A stretch of DNA of 64,000 nt, from contig NW_025963879.1 of NCBI RefSeq assembly GCF_023055435.1, positions 24,676,001 to 24,740,000 of the forward strand, read 5' to 3'. Origin of the DNA: Haliotis rufescens. Taxonomy: Eukaryota. A model generated the notes under the pieces. It made no database searches. It was not told where the DNA came from and was given only the letters and a program-made list of their open reading frames with translations. Shown piece after piece: positions 13,582 through 25,649 of the stretch. How positions within the stretch are numbered: position 1 is the stretch's first letter; each line of letters opens with the position of its first letter. The position numbers and the translations under genes are program-made.

Positions 13582-13959
13582 AGTGAAACCTTGGTCTGAA
13601 ATATAAGTGGGTGTTAGTTGGGTAGGCATAACTCTTCGAAAATGATTTCAGTTTTAAAATGGTACTGTTAGCAAATTGTGAGAGTAAAACCCAACGTGAC
13701 ACAGGTCATTGGGTAGCCTAGTGGTTAAAGCATTTCCTCGTCATGCCAAAGACCCGGGTTCAATTCCCGATGTGGGTACAATGTGTGAAGCCCATTTTTG
13801 GTGTCCCCCGCCATGATTGCTAGAAGCGGCATAAAACCATACTCTCTCTCATTATCGGGGAAATGAATGTACAAAAAGGTCTACTGCTGCACCTTATCTA
13901 CATTTAGCCTGTTACTATCAATATACTTTTCAAATGAATGAAAATGAAGGGCTGACAAT

Positions 13960-14205
13960 TAGGGCGGGGAACTCGGGTACTCAGGTCGGTACTGAGTACG
14001 ATTCTGGTACCCACAGGACTACCCAGACCCGTGGTTAGTCACGGGATATATTGTTTAATGAAAAAAATTATCTAGAACTCTATGGTTACACTAGAAGTCA
14101 AACTATTCCTAATCCGACATGTTGTACCGTTCTCTTGCGACCTACAGCGGGTACCCAGTTTGGGTTGGGTACCCAGGTAGTAAACTTGGACTCGTCCCAG
14201 CCCTA
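13960..14205. mobile_element. hAT-type MITE, internally deleted relative of 10250-10652
   Basis: Shared sequence; TSD ctgacaat/cttacaat. Confidence 0.82.
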
Positions 14206-14463
14206 CTTACAATCCATATATCGCTGGTTACCATCAGAGTGGTCGATTGCAAGCCATAGATCTAGAGGCCTACGCTAAAAACTGACAGTGACACCCCCTT
14301 ACCACTACCAGCTTGTTTACAATCGGTCTTTCCCCAGCCTCAGGGTTTGAGTTGAGCATGTTCTTCGTAATTTCAAAATAGGGCCCAAAATAGTTAGGCC
14401 ATAGTAGCGATAGTAGAGTCTGATTTCAACATAATAACTGCGCGATTAAAGTAAAATATTCAC

Positions 14464-15012
14464 CTCCGAATTCGTGTCACGTAGGACTATGCCGGCACAG
14501 GAAAATTCGGGAAAACAAGGAAACTGAGTAATTTCCTGATGGGTGTAGCGCTGTCGCACTCGCACAGACGACGGTATTTAGACTGGGTTCCTAATGCATA
14601 TGACTGGGCTTCTGTCTACGGAAGCGCTCACCTGATTTCGTGCATCAGTTATGAAACCAGTTCTTGCTCGATATTTTGTACAAGCTCCATATGGCACTTT
14701 TGGTGCGTTATCGGATAGCAATCTGGGGGCGAATACGATGTCAGGAGCTTGGACAGAACGGTGAGAGGTAGTCGTAAATTGTTTCTTAGAAAAGTGGTAT
14801 GAACAAAATGTCTTAACTAACACTGTCTGCTGCCCGAGGAGCGGCCTTGGCCTTCGAGTAATCATTTCAACATTCATCTACTTCATTTTTGAAAGATATG
14901 GATATGTGTTGTAATGCCTAAACCACTTGTTGGAATCCGACTGCGTTATCACTTCCGGTTAGACAAAAAACGATTAATGTGTCGTTTGTGTCTTAAATAA
15001 TTTGGAAATTGG
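14464..15012. promoter_or_regulatory. Probable bidirectional promoter with non-coding first exons of copine (-) and the kelch gene (+)
   Basis: CpG-retaining island between two divergent genes; minus-strand donor AG|GTGAAT at about 14464; ETS-type ACTTCCGGT at 14951; plus-strand donor GG|GTGAGT at about 15012. Both genes have an acceptor just upstream of their ATG. Confidence 0.55.
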
Positions 15013-16634
15013 GTGAGTAGGTTCACATTTTAAGTGAAAGTACTGGTTTTTAGTGATATTTATAGCTATTCTTCTTGTACGGATCTTATGTCAAGGCCAA
15101 ATATGTTCATTTTAACAGTGTAAATACCCTGAATATCCACGTAAACCACCAGCTCGAGTCTCGTTAACTGGGCCTGGGGTCGGGGACAGTGTTAACCCAG
15201 CTGCTAGTGTTTCTTTCTTTGTTGTTTAACGCCGCACTTAGCAGTATTCCAGTTATATGACGGCGTTCTGTAAATATTGCCTCTTGGATTCTTGACCAGA
15301 CAATCCAGTGAGCATCGATCGACTCAATTGATAAAAAAAGTCAGCGTCCATCACTCATGTTAGTTGCTTCTGGCGACACTAGTGAGACTGAGTAGTGAGT
15401 GTGTACAGGTGCATAGGTAAACAACACCACTTAGATTCTTGTAGACAGGAAAGGGCAACAGTTGAGTTAACAGGATTCAGCTTATAGTTATAGCACCAAT
15501 TGGTTCCGGCTGCAGGCTGTGGCTCTAGCTTCACTGATCTCGCCAGCCTTTTCAATCTTTAGGTTGGTTGGTTTGTTGTTTAACGCCGCACTCAGCAATA
15601 TTCCAGCTATATGACGGTGGTCTGTAAATAATCAAGTCTGAACCAGACAATCTAGTGATTAATATCATGAGCATCAATCCACACACTTTGGATCAATGAC
15701 ATGCATCAACAAAGTCAGCGAGCCTTACCACCCGATCCCGTTAGTCGCCTTTTACGACAAGCGTAGTCACCTTTTACAGCAAGCATGGGTTGCTGAAGAC
15801 CTATTCTACCCCGGAATCTTCACAGGTCTCAATCTTTAGGGTTAGGGTAGTTCGCTCCAACTCTATCTTTAGTACATCTATTTCTGATCAAGCACCCATT
15901 TCTGATTATTAGGGCTAGGTACCCCTTTACAGTCCTTAGGGTTAGGGACTCCTTTATGATTTTTAGGATTAGTTGAGAGACGCGTATGGGTTATTTTACC
16001 TCTTTTCACAAAATTATCCAATACAACTTGAGGAAAATCTGTTACAAATGTATCAAGTTTACTTTCACAGAGTAAATTTATGTAGACAGTCATGAACCTA
16101 GCCAAGCTTTGAGTAGGCAACATGAGTTCGATCCTCAAAGGACCACTATATGAAATCCAAAAGAGAGGGCACAGTTTAGTGCAGGACTCACAAAACCACT
16201 TCGATGCTTGTAGACAGGGAAAATCACACTCTCAGGCTCATGGATTCATTCCTGAATATGCAGGGTTTGTGTATAAAGTTTTATGTCCATGATGAATAGG
16301 CCTTCCAGTGGTAGAAACTAACAGTTTTAGTCCACTAGCCCTTATAATGATAACATATAGCAAAACCCATAAAAATGCTAATGTCTGCTGGTCCTTATGA
16401 TACCATAACTATTGGGCAATTTGGAATGGACTACAGGACTAGTGCCAATGTCTAATGCTGCCTTCTCACTTATCATCATTTGACGCGAGTCGCATGCACA
16501 GATTATTTGTTGTGTTCAACCTGATTCACGGGTCATTTCACACCATTGGCTGGATAACGTTCTCTAAGTTGCTCACAGTTTCCTGATTTTAGGCTGAGCT
16601 GAAACTGGTCACCATGGCATCAGTTCCATTCTTA

Positions 16635-16731
16635 TACACTACATGGTAAACACTACATGGTAAACACTACATGGTAAACATTTCATGGTAAACACTACAT
16701 CATACATGGTAAACACTACATGGTAAACACT
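16635..16731. repeat. 14-bp tandem repeat acactacatggtaa (about 6 copies)
   Basis: Direct reading. Confidence 0.9.
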
Positions 16732-16983
16732 AAAATGTTTCAGTCAAAATCAACTGAACATTGAAAACAGGAAGGGTATTGTTATCACATCTTTTCAATA
16801 TAATCAACATTTCTGGTTTCATTCAAACATTGATACCATATCTGTGCCCATGGGTATAATCAAGTGGTTTACGTCTGAGACATGCATTACTTGAGGCTTT
16901 CCACGAACAATAAACTGACACACCTTGATGTAATTGGAGTACTGTTAAAAGTAGCGTTTAACCCAACTGACTCACTCAAAATA

Positions 16984-17098
16984 CCAGGGCACACTTGCAC
17001 AAAGCGATCTTAGTGCTACGACTATTGTAAGCCTATGTTAAAGTATGGGAGTTACAATCATCTTAGTGTTAAGATCGCTTTGTGCAAGTGGGCCCTGG
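16984..17098. mobile_element. Short palindromic MITE (PIF/Harbinger-like GGGCCC ends)
   Basis: ccagggcacacttgcacaaagcgatctta ... taagatcgctttgtgcaagtgggccctgg. Confidence 0.75.
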
Positions 17099-17307
17099 TG
17101 TAAGCAAGGAATAACATCCATGCACTTTTTACCATGTTTACTTGTTTTTTGGTGAATAGAATGTCTTGTACTGAACAATGACTTATTATTAGTATTCTAA
17201 TAGGGCATTTGGAAAACTTAGTCTAGTATGTTCTTGTCGACAAATCCCATAATCTGTTCTGTATGTTCTACAGATGCCCTGAGATGACAATACTGTACTG
17301 AAGGGCA

Positions 17308-19143
17308 ATGTCTGGTAAGCGCCACAGAATGCCATACGTTGCCAAGGTAACACCACCCAAATTGATGGTGAGTACCTGCCATGCTATGCTGCAGAAGACG
17401 GATCAAGCTTCCAACTCAAGTACCAGCAGTTCTGATGGTGTTCTGCCAACCTACACAGCCCTGTCCTCCAAGAACCACTGTTGTAAGTTGCTGCTGGGAC
17501 TGCAGGACCTCCGAAACAATGAGACTCTGTGTGATTACTCCATCCTGGCTGAAGGGGAGGTGATCCGAGTCCACAAGGCTGTGATGGCAGCCTGCAGTGA
17601 CTACTTCCGGGTCATGCTCTGTGGGGACATGAAAGAGAGCAGGGAGGGGAGTGTAGACTTGAAGGGCGTCACGTCGAATGGGTTGCGGGTGGTCGTAGAA
17701 TTTGCGTACACGGGTCAGCTGGGACTGACAACGGAGAATGTAGAGGATGTTTTGTCAGCAGCCACCCACCTCCAGGTTAGTGATGCCGTGGAGCTGTGCA
17801 GCAAGTACCTGGAGACAGTCATCACAGTGGAGAACTGTGTCGACATTCTAAACCTGTCCGAACTGTACTCCCTATCCTCTATGCATACAAAAGCACAGCA
17901 ATATATGCTAGAAAACTTTGAAATTGTGGCAGAGTCGGAACAGTATTTCAAACTTGCCCATCTTCAACTTGCAGCCATGCTGGCTGAGAATTCCCTCCGA
18001 GTGGTCTCAGAATACTGTCTGTTTGAGTTGGTGTTGATGTGGATTAAGTACAAACCGGAGGAAAGGGAGAAGTATGTGGCCAACTTGATGCGGAATCTGC
18101 GACTGCCGCTGCTCTCAGGGGAAGAGTTGGTCGAAAAAGTGAGTCGAGTGGAGGTGATGAAAAAGAATGCAGAATGCAATGAGCTGCTAACTCAGGCCAA
18201 AGACTACCATATTGTTGTCAGCAAACAGCCTCTACTTCAGTCCAGCCGCACACAAGTCAGGTCAGAGCGGAAGAGTTTGGTTATGTGTCATGCTCAGAAT
18301 CTGGAAAGTTACAATTTCAAGACGAAGCGACAAGGATTTCTAAGAGATGCTACCATACCTCTATATAACCCATGTGTAGTGGTGGTGGACAACTTCATGT
18401 ATGCATGTGGTGGGAAGTATGACAGTACGGAGAACAATGAGATTGCCACTGCCAGATGCTTCAGATATGATCCTCGTTTTGACTTCTGGTACGAGCTCTC
18501 TTCCATGAACGAAGCCAGGAAGGACTTTGTTGTGGTAGCATACAATGGTCAACTGTATGCTATCGCTGGTCAGGATGAGAACATGGTGATGTGCACAGTG
18601 GAGTGTTTCTCCATAGCAAACAATGACTGGGAGATGAGGGCACTGCTCAGTCACTCGGTGTATGGCCATGCAGGGACTCTGTGTCAGGACAAACTCTACA
18701 TCTCAGGGGGGCAGCGTTTCTCTGGCTGTTGTAACAACCTAGCTTGCTACACGCCCGCCAGTGACTCCTGGGAGGAACGAGCGCCGATGATCCACAGCCG
18801 TTGCAACCATGTGATGGTGGAGGTGAAGGACAAGCTGTACGTCATTGGGGGAAACATTGAAGACAGTTACGGCTTTCCCGTTCCAATCATTGCCATTGAA
18901 AGGTACTGTCCTGTGGCCAATCAGTGGACTCTGTGTGAGAGGACGGTCAACATACGAGAGGCTGGGGCTAGCGTCCTTGACAACAAGGTGTACATTGTTG
19001 GTGGCATCAATGGTGAACATTACTATTCAGATCTACTGCAGCTGTATGATCCCATCCTAGATGAGATTACATTGGTAGAGAAATTCCCAACCAGGATCTT
19101 TGGAAAAGCCTGCTCCATTCTGACTCTGCCTCAGTATATATGA
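17308..19143 (+). CDS. Kelch-like protein (BTB-BACK-6xKelch; KLHL26/9/13-like CUL3 adaptor), single coding exon, 611 aa
   Basis: BTB HKAVMAACSDYFRVM, BACK NCVDIL...SEYCLFELVLMWIKY, Kelch repeats with GG..Y..W; acceptor at 17273; in-frame upstream stop at 17299 fixes the start. Confidence 0.95.
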   Translation: MSGKRHRMPYVAKVTPPKLMVSTCHAMLQKTDQASNSSTSSSDGVLPTYTALSSKNHCCKLLLGLQDLRNNETLCDYSILAEGEVIRVHKAVMAACSDYFRVMLCGDMKESREGSVDLKGVTSNGLRVVVEFAYTGQLGLTTENVEDVLSAATHLQVSDAVELCSKYLETVITVENCVDILNLSELYSLSSMHTKAQQYMLENFEIVAESEQYFKLAHLQLAAMLAENSLRVVSEYCLFELVLMWIKYKPEEREKYVANLMRNLRLPLLSGEELVEKVSRVEVMKKNAECNELLTQAKDYHIVVSKQPLLQSSRTQVRSERKSLVMCHAQNLESYNFKTKRQGFLRDATIPLYNPCVVVVDNFMYACGGKYDSTENNEIATARCFRYDPRFDFWYELSSMNEARKDFVVVAYNGQLYAIAGQDENMVMCTVECFSIANNDWEMRALLSHSVYGHAGTLCQDKLYISGGQRFSGCCNNLACYTPASDSWEERAPMIHSRCNHVMVEVKDKLYVIGGNIEDSYGFPVPIIAIERYCPVANQWTLCERTVNIREAGASVLDNKVYIVGGINGEHYYSDLLQLYDPILDEITLVEKFPTRIFGKACSILTLPQYI

Positions 19144-21287
19144 AACATGTACATAAAATAGTCATGTTTAGGTTAGGTCTTCGGGATATATTTAGACCTG
19201 TACAGAGACAGATTTTCAGCCCCAAGTATTCAGCGATGACAAAAGAAATTCCCAATTTGATGTAAGAACATATTTTCAGCCCCAAGTATGCAGCGATGAC
19301 AAAAGAAATTCCCAATTTGATTTAAGAATGTTCCATTTCCGCAGGATCTATGAAAATATGATCAGTATCACAATTTTTTCCCAATTTACTTAACTTAACT
19401 TTTTGAATGCTAGATATATCTCTAGGTTTGTACATGTGAACAATGTGTACCCCACTTCATCAAGTCGACTATGGCGCCGCAATTCATTGTGCAGAGTGGC
19501 GTCCCTTGGGACGCCAGAAACTTATGATTGTGGTTACAAATCCCAATTTGCCCGATTATGTTTCTGGGTTTGTCAGTACCATACTCACGCTTGTCAGTTT
19601 TACCAAAGTGGTAAATGTCTGAGACCTGCATTACTTCGGGCTTTTCTCCCACATCAGGGTTGGTCGGGTAGCCTAGTGGTTAAAGCGTTCGCTCGTCATG
19701 CCGAAGACCCAGGTTCGATTCCCAACATGGGTACAATGTGTGAAGCCCCTTTCTGGTGTCCCCTGCCATAAAATTGCTGGAATATTGCTAAAAACGGCGT
19801 AAAACCATACTCATTCATTCATTTTCTCCCACATCAAGCTGACACGCCGTGATATAACTTGAATACTGTTCAAAGTGGTGTTACACCTCTGGAATTGAAA
19901 AGCCCCATTTAGAAGAGTGCACTCTGGTTGTTTATATTACAGTGGCTAAGTCGGGAACAATACACTGATACATCATGATACTTTAGTACACAAGTACAGT
20001 TACCATGGTTACATTATGTTTGTGTGTATCACAATGAGTAGGATAAGCATTTTTATTTTACTTATGTCAGCTTTTTTCTGCAACTGTTAACATGGTTAAT
20101 TTTACTGCTGTTTTTATCTTTGATTTGCTACTTTTCAAGTCCAGGGCACATGTTACAGAGATCTTCTCGTAGGCTTAGACTGAAGGCAGCTGAGAATGAG
20201 CATCGAGAACACACTGATCCATTTATTGGAGTTATAATAATGTAGTGACATGAGCATGAGATTGGCGAACTCTGCCTTCCTCATACATGACGTCCATGTT
20301 AGAATAGGTCCCCAGCAACCTGTGCTGGTTGTAAGAGGCACTGAAATTAATCGGGTGGTAGGGCGCAGTGACTTGGTTGATTACATGTCATCATACCCCA
20401 ACAGCGTGGTCGTTACTCACAATATCAGTCGACCCATGAAGATTCCGGGGTAGAATAGGTCTTCAGCAACCCATGCTTGCCGTAAAAGGTGACTTTGCTT
20501 GTCGTAAGAGGCGACTAACGGGATCGGGTGGTCAGGCTTGCTGACCTGGTTGATGCATGTCATCGATCCCAATTGTGTGGATCGATGATCATGATATTAA
20601 TCACTAGATTGTCTGGTCCACACCGCCGTCATATAGCTGGAATATTGTTGAGTGCGGCGTTAGGCAACAAACCAACCAACCACAATATCAGTCACTGGAT
20701 TATCTTGTCCAGGCTTGATTATTTACACGCTGCTTGAGTGTGGCATTAGACAACAAAGAAAGTCATACTTGACATGCATATTTATCTTGATCAAACCACT
20801 GAAGCATCATAAAATCTCCATCCTTGCCTCTGACATGCAGGTTATGTTCCAACTTCTTAATGGGATGCATGTAGGAGGTTCTGTGAGTCAACTACATAAG
20901 GTTACTGCGGGATGCAGTGGTGATATAGGCCAAACAAAATTGGGCAGGTCTGTCTTATCTTAAGTTAAAGCTTACCAGATTGTTTGTTGTTTAACACCAC
21001 AATATGCCAGCTGTATGGCAGCGGCCTGTAAATAATCGAGTCTTGATCAGACAGTCCTGTGATTGACATCATGTGCATCGATCCACGTAATTGTGATACA
21101 ATGACATGCATCAACCAAGTCAGCGAGCCTGATCACCCGATCCTGTTAGTTGCCTCACAACAAGCATGGTCACTTAAAGCTTACCAGTACTATGTTTAAG
21201 AAAGTCATGAGAGTCAGGCTTTGTAATCAGATCACAGTGTTTCAATCTCTTGAACCTGTACGTAAACATCTGAAGTGATCAAATCTG

Positions 21288-21800
21288 CATCTTCCCGAGG
21301 CAAGGGAGTTAACTGACTATAAAAGTCCAGTTTCCATCCTTGCTGAACTAGACTGGAATTCTGGAGTTACACTTTGGCTGGACTAAGGTTTTCTATGCAT
21401 AGTCCAGTCAAAATCGCATAACAAACTAGACATCTGGTGCAGATGTCCATTGACTGCAGGATTTGCAAAGCATGTGTACCGTCAACTTGGTGTCAACAGA
21501 TGTTTTGCAAATCTTTTCATGTTTTCAATCAAGGTGCTCATTTCACGAAATAAGAACCATTTTATTACATCATAGATCTTGATTATTGATGAGATCATCT
21601 TGACTGGTAGCCGCCATTTTGTTAGAAGCAAATACAAAGTGTCATGATCTGATTGGTCAGTAGGAGGGACATAAAAGAGACTACCGGTAACTCGAAATGG
21701 CCATTGTTGGCTCTGATCGAGCGTGGAAATTCCATCCTAGTTCGGCAAGGGTGAAAACTGGACTTTAAAAATCAGTTAACACTCTTGCTTTTGGAAGATG
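21288..21800 (+). mobile_element. MITE-E copy
   Basis: Full TIRs; flanks tcaaatctg/tcaactctg. Confidence 0.9.
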
Positions 21801-23089
21801 TCAACTCTGCTTTATCTGCAACTTGTCTCCACTCAATTCTGTGTGGCAGTGGTCCTGATGTATTCCACGATCTTCATCCTGGAAATATCAAGTTTGATTC
21901 CTGCAAGGGCACAATGTGGGAAGTCCATTTCTGGTGTCGCTAGCTGGGATATAGCTGGAATTTTGTTAACATCTCTTCAATATGAGTAATTCTTCATACA
22001 TTAACCAACATTATGGTATTTGCGTTTCTTTTGCGGTGAGTATATACAATCATACTTGCCGTTCTGTCTGTATTGTAAATACTGTATGTACACAGTGAAC
22101 TCCTGGTAAAACTATCATTCAGGGATCATTTGCATGGTTAAACTCCCCTTGTCTACTGATCAGTTCCACATGTTTAACATGTTCTCATGATGACTGGTTC
22201 TGTGTGTTCTGACTGTTGCCTGTGATACCCCAGTATAAACATAGTTTATCATGTGATAAAATCACAATGCAGCTGATGCAGTGTTATACATGTTATCCAT
22301 GATATGTGCTGGTAATTAAGTACTAATTGCTGGTGCATTATATTAGCATATTTAGTTTATTGTGTTTATACAGATGACCATTGTTAACATGATTATCATG
22401 AAAATGTAATGACAAACCGTTTTGCTTGAGCATGTTGAGTTACCATGGTAACTGCAAGTCGTAGAAGTGTCAAAACATGCAGAAGTGGAAGGAAGAATTT
22501 AGGATTCTAATTAATTGTTTTGTGCTGACCAATACATTAATGCATGTACTATGAAGTGAGTGGGGTGTAACAATTATTCATTAATGAAAGACGGATATCG
22601 GAATCATGAATTTTATTCAGGCCTCGCATGATCACACCATCACGTAGCACTTGACCAATATACAGATATATCAAAATGGCAGGTACCCAGGAATGACTCT
22701 CCAGACACAGAAATGAAGTATCCACACAAGGCAATGATGGTATTTAGACAGGAGACGTCCAAGGTCAGATATTGCTTTAAGAAAAGGGGTTGCACAGCTT
22801 TTGTTTTGAAAGAGAGATGTTCACTTAATATCCAAATATGCCAGCACATAATTTCGGATACAATTTGCGTTTGTTAACTAAAAATAAATTCATGATAAAA
22901 TGTCACCAAGTGATTTAGCAATATGTTTTTTTAAACAGTAACACGATAAGTGTGCCTCAAAGGATGTGGAATGTTCTGCACACATTATGATGGTTGATTC
23001 ATAAAACAAATTCTAAAAATATATGCACTTAACAGGTATACTAGTCATGATTACGATGATATTACAAATATTAAGTACAGTCCTGATTG

Positions 23090-23345
23090 GGGGCATGGGT
23101 GGCCCAGTCGTCTAAGGCGCGATTCTCTGTGCAGAGTTGAGTCCCTTGGGCACAACAGAAACCTATGATTGTGGGTTCGAATCCCGGTTCGCCCCGATTA
23201 TGTTTCTAGGTTTGTCAGCACCATATGAAGTGGTAAACATCTGAGACCTGCATCACTTAGAGCTTTCCTCCCACATGAAGCTGACACACCGCGATATAAC
23301 TGGAATACTGTTAAAAGCGGCGTTAAACCCAACTCACTCACTCAC
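23090..23345 (+). mobile_element. SINE C (tRNA head, V-domain/RUDI-like 3' part); other copies at about 19461-19885, 29368-29535(-), 33020-33128(-), 34437-34692 and 55079-55340
   Basis: tggcccagtcgtctaaggcg head, ggttcgaatcc B box, ctttcctcccaca, shared tail; TSD tacagtc(c/t)t(g/a)att. Confidence 0.85.
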
Positions 23346-24484
23346 TACAGTCTTAATTATACAGGGTTGCTTACAAGCCATTGACACTGATATTGGAACA
23401 CTAAAGGTTAAGGTCATGGCTGTTGAAAGCCATATCATTAAGTGACAGTACAGAAGCTGTAATTTTGATAGACAGTTGACTAATAGATTTCAACTTCTTC
23501 ATTCTTTCAATGCGGCTTGTGCCTTCAACATTCCTTGTCCACATAAGGAGACCATTTCATATTCCATGGAGGCCTGGGATTTGAGTAAGAACCTTTTTCA
23601 GTCAACACTTCAAAATATACATTTTTTCTCTGTGAAAGAAGCAAAACAAAACTTCTATATGCACAACACATTATTTAACAGGATATCCAGTGAATGTTTT
23701 TATTTTTATGAAACCAATTATTTTGGAACAGATTCCAGGCTGCCCAAATTGCTAATGGTCAGCGCCAAAATAAAATCTGTCTCTGTTTGGAGCCAGATAA
23801 ACATGTAGTGATAGAGATGCTGATGCTGGTCACAACTCTACCTTGTTGAGACCCATGAAGATCCGGGGTAGAACAGGTCTTCAGCAACCCCTGCTTGTCG
23901 TAAAAGGCAACTAATGGGATCGGGTGGTCAGGCTCGCTGACTTGGTTGATGCATGTCATCGTATCCCAATTGCATGGATCGATGCCTATGATATCAATCA
24001 CAGGATTATCTGGCCCAGACTCGATTATTTACAGAACGCCGTCAAATAGCTGGAGTGTGGCTTTAAACAACAAACAAACAACCAAACCAACCCTGTGGTA
24101 CAGGTCTGGAGGTACATGACTGTCTCTGGGATTCTGAAACTCCCTCAAGGCTGGGTCTTGATTTCAACATGAGTTAGTTAATTATTTGTTTTGAATATGT
24201 TGACATTTGTTCCTTTGTCAGTTTGTGAATAAGTTCTGCAAAAAGGTTTCGTTGTGGTGGTTTGTTTGTTTGATTACTTGTGATTATCAAGTGTATTTGT
24301 TCCAGTGCAGATATGCAGAAAGATCAGTTTTGATGTGTTTTGAACACATGATGTATGAAATGTTTCCAGGATTGTCTGTACATAATGTAATAAATTGTTG
24401 CTAACTTATCAGGTTCTACCCAGGTGTTGCTGTTGTTCATCCACTGTAGACATACACATGCAGGTTACACTCTATAAACCACAG

Positions 24485-24810
24485 ACCGCCTCCAGGGTCT
24501 AGTGGTAGAGCATCTGCCCAGAGAGCAGAAGGTCCTGGGTTCGATCCTCGGTCGCGTCATACCTAAAGACGTTAAAAGATGGTACTTGTTGTTACCCTGT
24601 CTGGCGTTCGGCATTAAGGGGCTAAATAAAGGACTGGTCGGCTCGGAGTCAGTAAACTGTGGCATGGTATCTCAGTGTGCTAGCACTATAAATTGGCATA
24701 AGTCTGGACTAGTACAAGCAGGCACACACACACATACACGTGCATGCACTTGCTATATAAGTGCAATAATCTTGGACGCGACGTTAAACCCCATTTCACC
24801 TCACCTCACC
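24485..24810 (+). mobile_element. SINE B copy
   Basis: TSD ctataaaccaca. Confidence 0.9.
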
Positions 24811-25239
24811 TATAAACCACAACATGAATGTGCTACAGAGTTGCCATCGACCTATAGTCTGGAAGGTAATTTAAGGTAGCGACGTTTACTACAATATCTC
24901 GAAAGGGTGCACGGGAATCACGCACGAATACGGTGTTAGCGTTGGGCGTCTCAACGTGCGTGATTCCCATGCACTCTTTCGAGTTGAGTTGATTGGTTCA
25001 ACTGTCTCATACGGCCCTGTGACTGAAAATCAGAATTATGTTGATCTCAACCCTGTAAACTTACATCCATCTACAGTGCATCTGACCCCAGTCGTAATAG
25101 GCGACTAACAGGATCAGGTGGTCAGGCTTGCTGACTTGGTTGATGCTATTGTATCCTAATTATGTTGATTGATGCTTATGAAGCCAAATCACTGGATTGT
25201 CTGGTCCTTACTTGATTATATACAGACTGCCGTCATATA

Positions 25240-25606
25240 CTGTATTCGACGTAATAAGCGCCCAGGGTGCTCTCAAAATTAGAAATAGGGGGCTCTTATT
25301 AGAATATGATTTTGGTTACAGAGTTGAAAGATCGTTAATTTCGTGGTTTATGCTGTCAGCCTGAAATTATACAAAAGAAAAGTCTGTGCGTATTATTCAC
25401 GACAGATGTATATCCAAGAATTTAATTGCCCATACTTAAGGGTGCATATGACACACAAGTGCGTATTTTACACGAATAAATAAGTCCTGTGTACATTGAT
25501 CAATCGGAAGGGGTGCTAATTGGGATTATTCACTAGCCAGTATATTAGACAATATCGCCCTGGGCGCTTATTAGAGCGGGGCGCTTATTACGTCGTATAT
25601 ATACGG
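25240..25606. mobile_element. Tc1/mariner-type MITE F inside SINE D (second copy)
   Basis: Reverse-complement homolog of 11638-11970; TA TSD. Confidence 0.88.
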
Positions 25607-25649
25607 TAGCTGGAATATTGCTGAGTGTGGCGTTAAACAACAAACATGG

